DNA from: a virus
IMG/VR virus record: IMGVR_UViG_3300025467_000009
Location: 68,936-132,935 of that record
DNA length: 64,000 nucleotides
Reading direction: 5' to 3' (one strand)
The notes beneath the pieces were generated by a model. It was given only the letters and a program-made list of their open reading frames with translations. It was not told where the DNA came from and ran no database searches. A program made the translations under genes and the position numbers. Below are positions 10,974-19,646 of the stretch, piece by piece. The number at the start of each line of letters is the position of its first letter. Within the stretch, counting starts at the first letter, position 1.

Positions 10974-12830
10974 ATGACCATGTCACAGAATACTGTATTC
11001 ATACAGAAGAGTGAGTTACTCAATGGAGTATTAAGATACTCATCTCTCACACCTCTAGATAAAAACTATATTGACCCTTATGGTACACTAAGAAATAGAG
11101 ACAGACTAGTTGAATTTCATAATCAACTTGAATCTGATGGTTATGTTTTTAAGTTTCAAGATGATGAGGCTGAAACTTTATATAATAAGCTTTATAATTC
11201 AATTACTAATAACTTTGATGTATCATCACCTTTCTTATTAAGTAATAAATTATTTCCTTTTCAAAATATAGGCCTTAACATGGTCTGGAATCAAGTAAAA
11301 AATGATGATTGTAACAGAATCTTAATCCAATGGGATACAGGTGCTGGTAAAACACTTCTCAGTTGTTTAATAAGTCAAAAGTTGTTTCAAGAAGATTTAG
11401 TAGATATTGTACTGGTTTTTTGTAAAAAAATTAAACAACATGACTGGGAGCAAGAGTTTAAACGTATGACTACTTGTTCAGTTGCAAAAGTTGGTGAGCT
11501 TGAAAGAAGCAAAAGACACAAGTTTTACAAAGAAGACAATAGTCAAGTATTAGTTCTTAACTACGAAAAAGTTCGTGGTCCTAGTATGGTTAAAAAAGCA
11601 GGAGTAAGAGGAAAAGTTGCGGATTATTCCCGTACTGACCTTCAACAAATTCTTGAAAAAATTGAAGGCAAGAGAGTTCTAGTTGTAATTGATGAAGCAC
11701 AAAAAATCAATACAGGAACTAGTTTGCTCAGTGAAGGTTTTGAGACACTTCTTAGTAAGAATGAAGGAACCAAATGTCTTGCACTAACAGCAACTCCTTA
11801 CACAACTAGTCCTTTAAATATTAGAAATATTTTTACAACTATTAGTCCTGGTATCCCTGGGGTTAGTGACCTTACAAGAGATGAATTTAAAAGAGTTTAT
11901 GCTAAAGAACTAGAGGTATTTGAACGTGGTTATGTTCGTGAACTTTATGTTAGAGAGTGGGACCGTACCAAATTACCACTCCTTGGTAAGAAACATGAAA
12001 ACTGGACTCACATTGCAATGAAAAGTGACCCCCACATTGCTAAGCAGTTTCCAGAAAGTATGCCGAAGAGAATAGTTTACCAACTTTCTGACCAAGATCG
12101 TATTGTTTATGATTGGGCAGAAGAAGAGGCAAGGGCACGTTACAATCCAGATAACCCTGTTTCAAGTTGGGCCTATATTGATACTTTAAGAATGATTTGT
12201 AACACAACCGAAGGCCTTAGGAATAGTGAAAGTAAGTTTGCTAAAGAAATAGTTGAACAATTTGATGATTTGATTTCTATTGAAAACAGTGCTAAGTATC
12301 AATTGATTGAAAGTAACCTTGAGACAATTTTTGAAGCAAATGAAAAAGTAGTATTGTTTACTTTCTGGACACATGGGACACTATTCCCATACCTTGAAGC
12401 TTTAAAGAAAAAATTTTCTGGAGTTCCTATCCTACCAATTTGGGGTGTAGGTATGAAGTCAGAAGAGACAACCCGTAACATTCAAACTTTTAATTCAACT
12501 AAAGGTCCTGCAGTGTTACTTACAAGTGATGTTGGTCAGGAAGGACTAAATCTATATGCACCATATCTTTGGAACATCGAAATTCCCAGGACTTATGCAG
12601 AATACAAACAACGGAAAGACCGTATCAATCGTGCAGATTCCCGTTCAAAGGGCATTAGTAATACCTGGATCTACCGTCCAGTCGCAGTGGGAACTATTGA
12701 GGAGCGGGTGGATGGCAAAATTCTTAGAAGAAGATCTGAAGCAGAAGCCATTCGAGGTGTAGTAGATGAGAATGTAGATATGGATGACACCATTGAAATG
12801 ACACCAAAAGGTTTGTTATTTAATTCTTGA
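10974..12830 (+). CDS. SNF2-family (SF2) helicase
   Basis: LFPFQ Q-motif, DTGAGKT Walker A, IDEAQ, LTATP motif III, GQEGLNL motif V, QRKDRINR motif VI. Confidence 0.9.
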   Translation: MTMSQNTVFIQKSELLNGVLRYSSLTPLDKNYIDPYGTLRNRDRLVEFHNQLESDGYVFKFQDDEAETLYNKLYNSITNNFDVSSPFLLSNKLFPFQNIGLNMVWNQVKNDDCNRILIQWDTGAGKTLLSCLISQKLFQEDLVDIVLVFCKKIKQHDWEQEFKRMTTCSVAKVGELERSKRHKFYKEDNSQVLVLNYEKVRGPSMVKKAGVRGKVADYSRTDLQQILEKIEGKRVLVVIDEAQKINTGTSLLSEGFETLLSKNEGTKCLALTATPYTTSPLNIRNIFTTISPGIPGVSDLTRDEFKRVYAKELEVFERGYVRELYVREWDRTKLPLLGKKHENWTHIAMKSDPHIAKQFPESMPKRIVYQLSDQDRIVYDWAEEEARARYNPDNPVSSWAYIDTLRMICNTTEGLRNSESKFAKEIVEQFDDLISIENSAKYQLIESNLETIFEANEKVVLFTFWTHGTLFPYLEALKKKFSGVPILPIWGVGMKSEETTRNIQTFNSTKGPAVLLTSDVGQEGLNLYAPYLWNIEIPRTYAEYKQRKDRINRADSRSKGISNTWIYRPVAVGTIEERVDGKILRRRSEAEAIRGVVDENVDMDDTIEMTPKGLLFNS

Positions 12831-12855
12831 AATCAAGAGTAGCTTGTTATATACT
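12827..12855 (+). promoter_or_regulatory. SigA-type promoter
   Basis: TTGAAA-N17-TATACT. Confidence 0.6.
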
Positions 12856-12923
12856 TCATTAATCAAACGAGAGGAGAAATTATAGTAACTAAATGTTCTT
12901 ATTAATCTAACATTGGAGTAATT

Positions 12924-13301
12924 TTGACACGTTTAATTGCACTTGGAGTTTTAGCAATATCATTATTTATAGTAAATAATGCTTCTGCGGACACCAACAA
13001 TACAGTAACAACGACAACAAAAATTGAAACACCTGTAGTAAATGTAGGACTTGTCCCTAGAGAAATAGTATTAAAGTGGGAGAAGGTAGCAGTATGTGAA
13101 ACCGGTTATAACTGGACTCTCAGAGGTCCCCTATACTCTGGAGGTCTAGGAATTACTAATCACAATTGGACTTCTTATGGTGGTGGTCAGTTTGCTAATA
13201 ATGCAGCTGATGCTTCTATAGAAGAACAAATATATATAGCAAAAAAAATAAATTCGAGTGGCTATGTTCCCGACCAATATGGTTGCGGACACGGCTGGTA
13301 G
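12924..13301 (+). CDS. Secreted resuscitation-promoting factor (Rpf)-like lytic transglycosylase
   Basis: Signal peptide (..ASA|D); WEKVAVCETGYNW...YSGGLG...W..YGG..FA..A..AS.EEQI.IA, the Rpf catalytic-domain pattern with catalytic Glu. Confidence 0.85.
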   Translation: MTRLIALGVLAISLFIVNNASADTNNTVTTTTKIETPVVNVGLVPREIVLKWEKVAVCETGYNWTLRGPLYSGGLGITNHNWTSYGGGQFANNAADASIEEQIYIAKKINSSGYVPDQYGCGHGW

Positions 13302-13319
13302 GGAGAAAGAAAGATAAGT

Positions 13320-13535
13320 ATGAAAAAAATAAAGAAGTATGACAAGATGCAAAGAGAACTGATGGACTACATCTTGTCCGGGAAGATACACTCTACTATG
13401 ATTGGTAAGACAATTATGGTTGACCACAGTGATAAGAAAGAAAACCTTTCTGACATAGAAGAGTTTGTAGAGTATATGGTTTCTTTAATTAAGAGAGCAG
13501 AGAATTTTGGAAAGGATAATGTAAAGGAGTCCTGA
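13320..13535 (+). CDS. Hypothetical protein
   Basis: ORF with purine-rich leader, co-oriented with neighbours. Confidence 0.5.
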   Translation: MKKIKKYDKMQRELMDYILSGKIHSTMIGKTIMVDHSDKKENLSDIEEFVEYMVSLIKRAENFGKDNVKES

Positions 13536-13643
13536 TATTAGGTAAGGAGTTGCAGACTCAGAAAATGGGTCTATTTACAGGGTCGCCCGGGAGTCGCAGT
13601 TGAAATTGATTCCTCCTCCCGGGGACTCCTTCTCACCAATATC
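13534..13643. ncRNA. GC-rich structured intergenic RNA candidate (multi-stem junction)
   Basis: Outer stem GATATT-A-GGT-AAGGAGTT / GACTCCTT-CTC-ACC-AATATC; inner stems AGACTCA/TGGGTCT and CCCGGGAG/CTCCCGGG. Confidence 0.45.
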
Positions 13644-13657
13644 CCTTCTATAATTAT

Positions 13658-14149
13658 ATGAGAAGAGAAAACCAAGAAGTTATTGATTACAGTTGGCAAA
13701 GTGATGCTATTTGTAAAGACCTACCAACAGATATGTTTTATCCTGGTAGAGGTTCGGTTGTCTCTAAAGTTATTAAAGAGAGATGTGCAATTTGTCCTGT
13801 AAAGGATGCCTGCCTAGAACATGCCCTTAAGTATGAAGCCCATGGTTATTGGGGTGGTACAACTGAAAAAGATAGAGTTGCCATTAGGATGAACAGAGAC
13901 ATAATACTTATCAAACCTGAAACAGTTTTTTGGTATAGTGTTAGTGAAGCAAAAAGAGAAAAAGAAGAAAACAGAACTAAGATTCAAGGGCGTGGTCGAA
14001 AGGCCAGAGTATGTGGTACATACAGTGCTTATAAAGGTCACTTAGGAAGAAAAGAAGTTCCTTGTGAACCTTGTAAAAAAGCAAACAGAGATTACATTAA
14101 TGATTTGAAAATTAAGAAAGCGGCGGAAAATGGGGAATTCACCTTTTAA
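13658..14149 (+). CDS. whiB: WhiB-family transcription factor with C-terminal Cys/His domain
   Basis: WQSDAIC...FYP...CAICPV...CLEHAL...GYWGGTTEKDR; C-terminal CGT..AY..H.....PCEPC. Confidence 0.9.
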   Translation: MRRENQEVIDYSWQSDAICKDLPTDMFYPGRGSVVSKVIKERCAICPVKDACLEHALKYEAHGYWGGTTEKDRVAIRMNRDIILIKPETVFWYSVSEAKREKEENRTKIQGRGRKARVCGTYSAYKGHLGRKEVPCEPCKKANRDYINDLKIKKAAENGEFTF

Positions 14150-14834
14150 AGTTGGATTGGTTATTCCTATCCTAAATAATTTTGACCAAGCAGTTGACCT
14201 TATCTATAGTGCAAAAACTAAAGAGAATGAATTAAAGGTTTACATCCAACCTCAGTATAGGTATCAACTACCTTTGTCTCAGGCCTGGAACAATGGTATG
14301 AAGCAAGCCATCATGGATGGTTGTGATTATATTATTATTGCTAATGATGATACCCTTTTTGCACCATGGTCAATTGATGCCTGGGTAAGTGCAATGAGTA
14401 AGGAATCAGACAATATTGTCTTAACAGCTCCTTTACATGTAGGAGATACTTTTGATGAACCATTTGAGATTGTATTCTCAGATGAAGATACAGAGTATAA
14501 GTATGTAGAAAAAGAACTTTTCTCAATGGTAATGGTAAGAGCAGATTTCTGGGAAAAGTGTGGTTGGTTTGATGAAAACTTTGACCCTTGCTGGTGGGAA
14601 GATAATGATATGCATTATCGTATCACTTTACTTGGATTTAATATTAAAAAGTATGAAATCCCTTACATTCACCTAGGCAATCAGACAACTAAGAAGTTGA
14701 CTAAGCCAATCAATTCTATTAAGAGTGGAGAGTATTACCTTAAAAAGTGGGGTAGCCAAAACCGAAACTTGATAGAGAGGTATAAAACCCCGTATAATGA
14801 TAGTACCCTAACTCCAAAGGATTGGATCAAGTAA
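14130..14834 (+). CDS. Glycosyltransferase family 2
   Basis: GLVIPILN, LSQAWNNG, IIANDD (DxD-like), GWFDENF..WWEDNDMHYR. Confidence 0.85.
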   Translation: MGNSPFKVGLVIPILNNFDQAVDLIYSAKTKENELKVYIQPQYRYQLPLSQAWNNGMKQAIMDGCDYIIIANDDTLFAPWSIDAWVSAMSKESDNIVLTAPLHVGDTFDEPFEIVFSDEDTEYKYVEKELFSMVMVRADFWEKCGWFDENFDPCWWEDNDMHYRITLLGFNIKKYEIPYIHLGNQTTKKLTKPINSIKSGEYYLKKWGSQNRNLIERYKTPYNDSTLTPKDWIK

Positions 14835-15037
14835 TGAAGACACTAGTTTCATTTTTTATTAACCTAATAGGTTTAATTCTACTAATAGCAATTATTGCTG
14901 TTGTATGCTTTGCACCATTGTTAGCTAGTTATTTTTGGAACTTTAAAGTAGGGGTTGAATCCTTCTTTGGAGTTTACGGAATAACAATTCTTTCAATTAT
15001 TATCAACAAACTATCTAAGGCAAAGGAAGACAACTAA
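14822..15037 (+). CDS. Small two-TM membrane protein
   Basis: Two hydrophobic segments; overlapping neighbours. Confidence 0.5.
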   Translation: MDQVMKTLVSFFINLIGLILLIAIIAVVCFAPLLASYFWNFKVGVESFFGVYGITILSIIINKLSKAKEDN

Positions 15038-16329
15038 TGGCAAAAACAAAAGTATTGGCGTACGGTGATTACTGCTGTGCTACTGGGTTCGCTACCGTAA
15101 TGGGTAACATTATGAGAGAACTAGAAGCAACAGGAAAGTATGACATTGATGTTGTTGCTATTAACTATGACGGAGGACCTTTTGACCAAACCCAATGGCC
15201 CGGACAAGTATGGCCTGCTATCAGTGCACTAAGACAGCAAGGTCCTTACGCTGACCTTCATGGAAGACAAGTTTTTCTTGACCGACTCCAGCAAGGTGAC
15301 TATGACGTAGTATTCATTGTTCAGGACACCTTTATTATGTTGCCAATTACACCTCAGATTCTTGAAGTGCAACGTAACAAGCCAAAGAGTTTTAGTACAG
15401 TTTACTATTACCCGTTTGATTGTGGTCCAAAAGAAGAGTGGGTTACACAATGTGTTAACTCATTTGACTTCCCAGTTGCCTATACACAATATGCAAAGAA
15501 TGAAAGTATTAAGTGGAGTGGAACAGCGGCTGAAAAGCATGACGTTATCTATCACGGTACAAACACAACTAACTTTTTCCCACTTCCTGAACAGGATAAG
15601 AAGCAAATTCGTTCTGCTTTCTTTGGTGACAATAAGGACCGTTTTATTATTATGAACCTTAATCGTAATCAAGGTCGTAAAGATGTTAGTCGTTCCTTCA
15701 TGATTTTAAAAGAACTTAGAGACCGTGGATACAAGGAACCATTCTTGTACATGCACATGCAAGAAACAGACTTTGGTGGAAGTATTATTGAGCAATCTAA
15801 GAACTTTGGCCTTGAACTTCAAAAAGATTGGATTCTTCCTAACCCAGGGCAATTCTCTGCACATGCAGGATTCCCAATTGAAGTTGTTAACCAACTTTAC
15901 AACTCTGCAGATTGCTACCTAACTACCTGTATGGGTGAAGGTTGGGGGTTGAGTATTACAGAAGCAATGGCAACTAAGACACCAATTGTTGTTCCAAACA
16001 ATACTAGCATTCCAGAAATTACCGACAATGGTAAGCGTGGTTGGGTTGCAGGTTCTGGTGATAGTCCTTCACATTGGATTATTAAGGAAAATGACAACGA
16101 CCGTATTCGTCCACTTATGAATGTAGAAGATGCTGCTGATGCAATTATCGAAATTATGGAAAATAAGAACGGAATTGTAGAAAAGAAGGTTGAAGCAGCT
16201 TATGAGTTTGCCCAGGAACTAACTTGGAAGCATGTTATGAAAGACTGGACAAATGTCTTTAACAAGGCAGTTAACAAGTCTAAGAGTGCTAACCTTCTTA
16301 AGGGTGGAACAGTAGAATGGAAGAAGTAA
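15037..16329 (+). CDS. Glycosyltransferase family 4 (GT-B)
   Basis: TGFATV N-terminus, IYHG, NRNQGRK, LYNSAD....GEGWGLSITEAMA..TP (EX7E motif). Confidence 0.9.
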   Translation: MAKTKVLAYGDYCCATGFATVMGNIMRELEATGKYDIDVVAINYDGGPFDQTQWPGQVWPAISALRQQGPYADLHGRQVFLDRLQQGDYDVVFIVQDTFIMLPITPQILEVQRNKPKSFSTVYYYPFDCGPKEEWVTQCVNSFDFPVAYTQYAKNESIKWSGTAAEKHDVIYHGTNTTNFFPLPEQDKKQIRSAFFGDNKDRFIIMNLNRNQGRKDVSRSFMILKELRDRGYKEPFLYMHMQETDFGGSIIEQSKNFGLELQKDWILPNPGQFSAHAGFPIEVVNQLYNSADCYLTTCMGEGWGLSITEAMATKTPIVVPNNTSIPEITDNGKRGWVAGSGDSPSHWIIKENDNDRIRPLMNVEDAADAIIEIMENKNGIVEKKVEAAYEFAQELTWKHVMKDWTNVFNKAVNKSKSANLLKGGTVEWKK

Positions 16330-17087
16330 AAAGACAAGTAGTTGACATTGTTCTTTTTAATAACGAATTAGAACTATTAGACCTTAGAGTAAAAATCCTA
16401 GAAGATGTGGTTGACTTCTTTATTATTAAAGAAGCAACTCACACCTTTCAAGGTGACCCTAAAGAATTACTTTCTAAAACTTATGACCATCCAAAGGTAT
16501 TCACTTATGTAGTTGAGTTCTCATCTGGAATGAACACCTGGGAAAGAGACAGGTTCCAAAGAGGAACTCAAATTGACCTTAGGGCATATGGTATTAACGA
16601 AGATTCTATTGTTATGACTAGTGACCTAGATGAAATACCAGACCCACAAGCAATTGAATGGGTAAGGGACAATTTTAATCCAGCCGCTATGTATGCACTA
16701 GAACAAAAGATGCACCAATACTATCTCAATGTTAGAAACATGAGTGAACCCTGGGCAGGAACTAGAATTTGTAGTATGGAAAAGTATCGTTTGATGGATG
16801 CTGAAACCATGAGGCATTCCCAACACCTTTGCATGACACTACCTGATGCTGGTTGGCATTGGAGTTTTCTTGGTGGTGAAAAGCAAATTGAAAAAAAGAT
16901 TAGAAGTTATGCCCATGAGGAGTATGACAATGAAGAAACTATTCAGCAAATTGCAAAACGTATGGTCAACAATGAAGATGTTTTTGGACGTGGTTTTACA
17001 CTCAAAACAGTAGAATTGGATAACTCTTACCCTAAGTATATTCTTGATAATCAAGATAAACTATCCCATTTAATTAGAAAAGATTAA
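16317..17087 (+). CDS. Glycosyltransferase family 17 (MGAT3-like)
   Basis: FNNELELLDLR...VDFFIIKEATHTFQG.PK, WERDRFQR, SDLDEIP, GWHWSFLGG...KIRSYAHEE. Confidence 0.85.
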   Translation: MEEVKRQVVDIVLFNNELELLDLRVKILEDVVDFFIIKEATHTFQGDPKELLSKTYDHPKVFTYVVEFSSGMNTWERDRFQRGTQIDLRAYGINEDSIVMTSDLDEIPDPQAIEWVRDNFNPAAMYALEQKMHQYYLNVRNMSEPWAGTRICSMEKYRLMDAETMRHSQHLCMTLPDAGWHWSFLGGEKQIEKKIRSYAHEEYDNEETIQQIAKRMVNNEDVFGRGFTLKTVELDNSYPKYILDNQDKLSHLIRKD

Positions 17088-17088
17088 T

Positions 17089-17328
17089 ATGAATAAAGAA
17101 CTTAGATGGGCTGCCAGTTTTCTACTTGAAAGATCTAACATTCCTGCTGGTCCTAACTATTTGGCTGCTTTTGAAAATCCAGCTGATAATCAACAATGGA
17201 TTTACGCATTAATTAGAAAGGCAGCACCTCAAATTGGTGCTATGAATAGTTCTTATTATGATAGGGCAATTCAAATACTTAGGGCAAATGGAATTTCTAC
17301 AGATCCATATGGCCCTGGTAGTGGTTGA
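17089..17328 (+). CDS. Hypothetical protein
   Basis: ORF abutting GT17 gene. Confidence 0.5.
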   Translation: MNKELRWAASFLLERSNIPAGPNYLAAFENPADNQQWIYALIRKAAPQIGAMNSSYYDRAIQILRANGISTDPYGPGSG

Positions 17329-17353
17329 TTCTAAATACTGATTTAACTATACT
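17325..17353 (+). promoter_or_regulatory. SigA-type promoter of tRNA cluster
   Basis: TTGATT-N17-TATACT ending 10 nt before first tRNA. Confidence 0.7.
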
Positions 17354-17363
17354 GAATAAAACA

Positions 17364-17437
17364 GCCCTTGTAGCTCAACTGGACAGAGCATCGGAGTTCT
17401 AACCCGCAGGTTGTAGGTTCAAGTCCTACCGGGGGCG
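17364..17437 (+). tRNA. tRNA-Arg(UCU), weak anticodon stem
   Basis: GCCCTTG/CGGGGGC acceptor, GCTC/GAGC D stem with A20, anticodon TCT at 17398-17400, GTAGG-TTCAAGT-CCTAC T arm; no encoded CCA. Confidence 0.8.
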
Positions 17438-17439
17438 CT

Positions 17440-17494
17440 GGTCAATAGTATCTGCTTAGTTTTCACCTCCTTTATACTAGGAGTGCTATTGACC
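17440..17494 (+). ncRNA. Hairpin RNA between tRNAs containing an anti-Shine-Dalgarno-like sequence
   Basis: GGTCAATAGTA/TGCTATTGACC 11-bp stem enclosing TCACCTCCTTT. Confidence 0.4.
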
Positions 17495-17498
17495 TACT

Positions 17499-17589
17499 GG
17501 AAGAATGGCCGAGTGGTTTAAGGCAGTTGTCTACTAAACAACCGTGGGTTTATAGCCCACCGAGGGTTCGAATCCCTCTTCTTCCTCCA
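17499..17589 (+). tRNA. tRNA-Ser with ACU anticodon
   Basis: GGAAGAA/TTCTTCC acceptor, GCC/GGC D stem, GTTGT-CTACTAA-ACAAC anticodon arm (ACT at 17533-17535), long variable arm GTGGGT/GCCCAC, GAGGG-TTCGAAT-CCCTC, encoded CCA. Confidence 0.9.
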
Positions 17590-17591
17590 CC

Positions 17592-17672
17592 GGATGGGTA
17601 GCGAAGTGGCCAAACGCGGCTGGCTGTAAACCAGTTCTTTATTGTTCGGGGGTTCGAATCCCTCTCCATCCA
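17592..17672 (+). tRNA. tRNA-Tyr(GUA)
   Basis: GGATGGG/TCCATCC acceptor, GCTGG-CTGTAAA-CCAGT anticodon arm, variable arm, GGGGG-TTCGAAT-CCCTC, A73. Confidence 0.9.
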
Positions 17673-17673
17673 C

Positions 17674-17702
17674 TTGAAATAAAATGAAATAGTATCTATA
17701 AT
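17674..17702 (+). promoter_or_regulatory. SigA-type promoter
   Basis: TTGAAA-N17-TATAAT. Confidence 0.7.
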
Positions 17703-17720
17703 TATAGTAAGGAGGATAAG

Positions 17721-18023
17721 ATGTTAAAATTATCAGTAAACATTGGTGCTTCACTTCAAGTAAAGAATGCCAAGGGTGAATGGGATTGGATTAAACCAGA
17801 AGTAGGTGCTGAACTTACTTTTGAAGCAATGAATGAAAATACTCAACATTACTTTAATGAACTCTGGGACAATGTTGTTGGTCCACAGTTTAAAAGTGTT
17901 GTTGATAGTCTTCTAACAGAACAATCAGAACCAGCAATTGAAGATGTTGAAGAAACTGAAACTGTTGAAGGAGAAGAAGAAGTAACAGAAGAAGTTGTTA
18001 CAGATGAGGATGAGTATTACTAA
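17721..18023 (+). CDS. Hypothetical protein with acidic C-terminus
   Basis: Strong RBS AAGGAGG; ORF. Confidence 0.65.
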   Translation: MLKLSVNIGASLQVKNAKGEWDWIKPEVGAELTFEAMNENTQHYFNELWDNVVGPQFKSVVDSLLTEQSEPAIEDVEETETVEGEEEVTEEVVTDEDEYY

Positions 18024-18337
18024 TGGGATTATTCATTAATATCTTAGTACATGGACTTTTTCTTGGTGCATTAGCATTTTTTCTTTTTGTATTGGTTGGT
18101 ATTGGTGGTGGGTGGAACTAATGTTAGAAAATATAATCTTTTGTGCTATTCTTGCAGGAGTAGCTTTTTGGTCTCTTTGGAGTGGTAGACTATGACAGAA
18201 TGTAAACACTGTGGACAAGAAATTGTTAAATATAGTTCTAGTGCAACAGATTGGGACCGTATTGGAGATGATGACCAGTGGGTTCACACAAGTCCTCATG
18301 GTCCTCACAAAGCAGAACCAGATTGGCAAACTAAGTC

Positions 18338-18910
18338 ATGACTGTATTAGCAGCCGCCATAACTAGACTAGACGGTGTAGTAATTTCTGCCGACTCACAA
18401 ATCTCTTGGGACTATAACAAAAGCGATGAAGGTCCCGGTAAATTATGGGTTGAAAAAGACCGTAAGTATGTTTTTGGTGGTTGTGGTAGTATTCGTGCTA
18501 TGCAAGTAATCCAACATTGGACCGATTGGCCTGAATTTCGTGATTATCACAGAGATGATATAGAAAAATTTGTTATTAAAGAGATAATCCCAGCATTAAG
18601 AGAAGCATTAGATTCCCATGGTGCACTAGAAAGTTCTAGAAAAGTTGAATCTTTTGGTGCAGGTATTATTATGGCTTGGGAAGATAACTTAGTTGCAATT
18701 GATGAAGATTTTTCTATAACAATACCAGTTAGTGGAAGATGGGCAATGGGTTCAGGCGGTGGAGAAGCATTTGGTAGTTTGGGTGATGAAGGCCCATGGA
18801 CAAAGAATGATGTTATCAAGGCAGCTAAAAATGCTACCAAAACAGCAATGGGTGTAGGTGGTGACATTTACTATGTTACTAGTAAAAGCCTAGAAGTAAA
18901 AAAGGGTTGA
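18338..18910 (+). CDS. HslV/proteasome beta-like Ntn-hydrolase peptidase
   Basis: N-terminal M-T nucleophile, VISADSQ, K.W, AMGSGG..A.G.L motifs. Confidence 0.75.
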   Translation: MTVLAAAITRLDGVVISADSQISWDYNKSDEGPGKLWVEKDRKYVFGGCGSIRAMQVIQHWTDWPEFRDYHRDDIEKFVIKEIIPALREALDSHGALESSRKVESFGAGIIMAWEDNLVAIDEDFSITIPVSGRWAMGSGGGEAFGSLGDEGPWTKNDVIKAAKNATKTAMGVGGDIYYVTSKSLEVKKG

Positions 18911-18935
18911 TTTCTTTTTCGACCTTTACTATATT
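18907..18935 (+). promoter_or_regulatory. SigA-type promoter
   Basis: TTGATT-N17-TATATT. Confidence 0.6.
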
Positions 18936-18965
18936 TATAAGTAGTTAGTATTTAAAGGAGATAGT

Positions 18966-19646
18966 ATGGAAAAAAGTTTGGCAGAACGCCTAAGTAGGAA
19001 AAATTTAGTTGAGGTAAGTGAACCTCAATTTACAGAAGAGGTTGCAAAGACAAAAAGTCGTGCTGAAGTTCAACGTGAAAATTCAGTTGCGGTAAGTTCA
19101 GATGCACTTGATTCATTTAATAGTTGTCTAGATGTATTAGGTACAACTGATTTGTCAGATGTGCATGTACTTTCAGTTGAAGAGATTAACAGTCTTACAA
19201 ATGAACTACTTGCAGTTCGTGCAGTAAAGGATATTACTGAAGGTCGTGAAACTGCACTTAAAAGTTATGTAACTAGTACAATTAATCTACAGTTAGAATT
19301 TGAAGGCAAGGATTCAAACGCAGAAAGCGGTTACCTTGTCTCACCAGAGTTTAATGTTAAACTTTCTAAAGAAGTATCTGGTGGTAAGTTGAATGTTGAC
19401 ATTGACCTACTCAAAGAGAACCTAGATGAGGACCAGTTCAAGAGTATTACTAACTACATTGAAACTGTAAAGTACACAATTTATCCAGGTGGTAAAAGGG
19501 CAGAAGAAACCAATGCATATTGGGAACTAAACGAAGAGGCATTGGAAAAAGAACTTAAGGTTGGTAACATAGGCATGGAACAAATACTAATGTCAACACT
19601 ACCAGGAAAGAGTCGTACAGCACTCTATGTCCGACCAATCAAGTAG
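18966..19646 (+). CDS. Hypothetical protein
   Basis: RBS AAGGAG, 226-aa ORF. Confidence 0.65.
   Translation: MEKSLAERLSRKNLVEVSEPQFTEEVAKTKSRAEVQRENSVAVSSDALDSFNSCLDVLGTTDLSDVHVLSVEEINSLTNELLAVRAVKDITEGRETALKSYVTSTINLQLEFEGKDSNAESGYLVSPEFNVKLSKEVSGGKLNVDIDLLKENLDEDQFKSITNYIETVKYTIYPGGKRAEETNAYWELNEEALEKELKVGNIGMEQILMSTLPGKSRTALYVRPIK

Noticed and set aside
17391-17405. Amber suppressor (CUA) reading of the first tRNA / stop-codon recoding
   Set aside because: Standard arm spacing places TCT at 34-36 with Arg identity A20; genes are intact in code 11 and several end in TAG.
17518-17754. Minus-strand ORF over the tRNAs, and other antisense or nested short ORFs in the track
   Set aside because: Shadow frames of tRNAs or of well-supported genes; no RBS or motifs.
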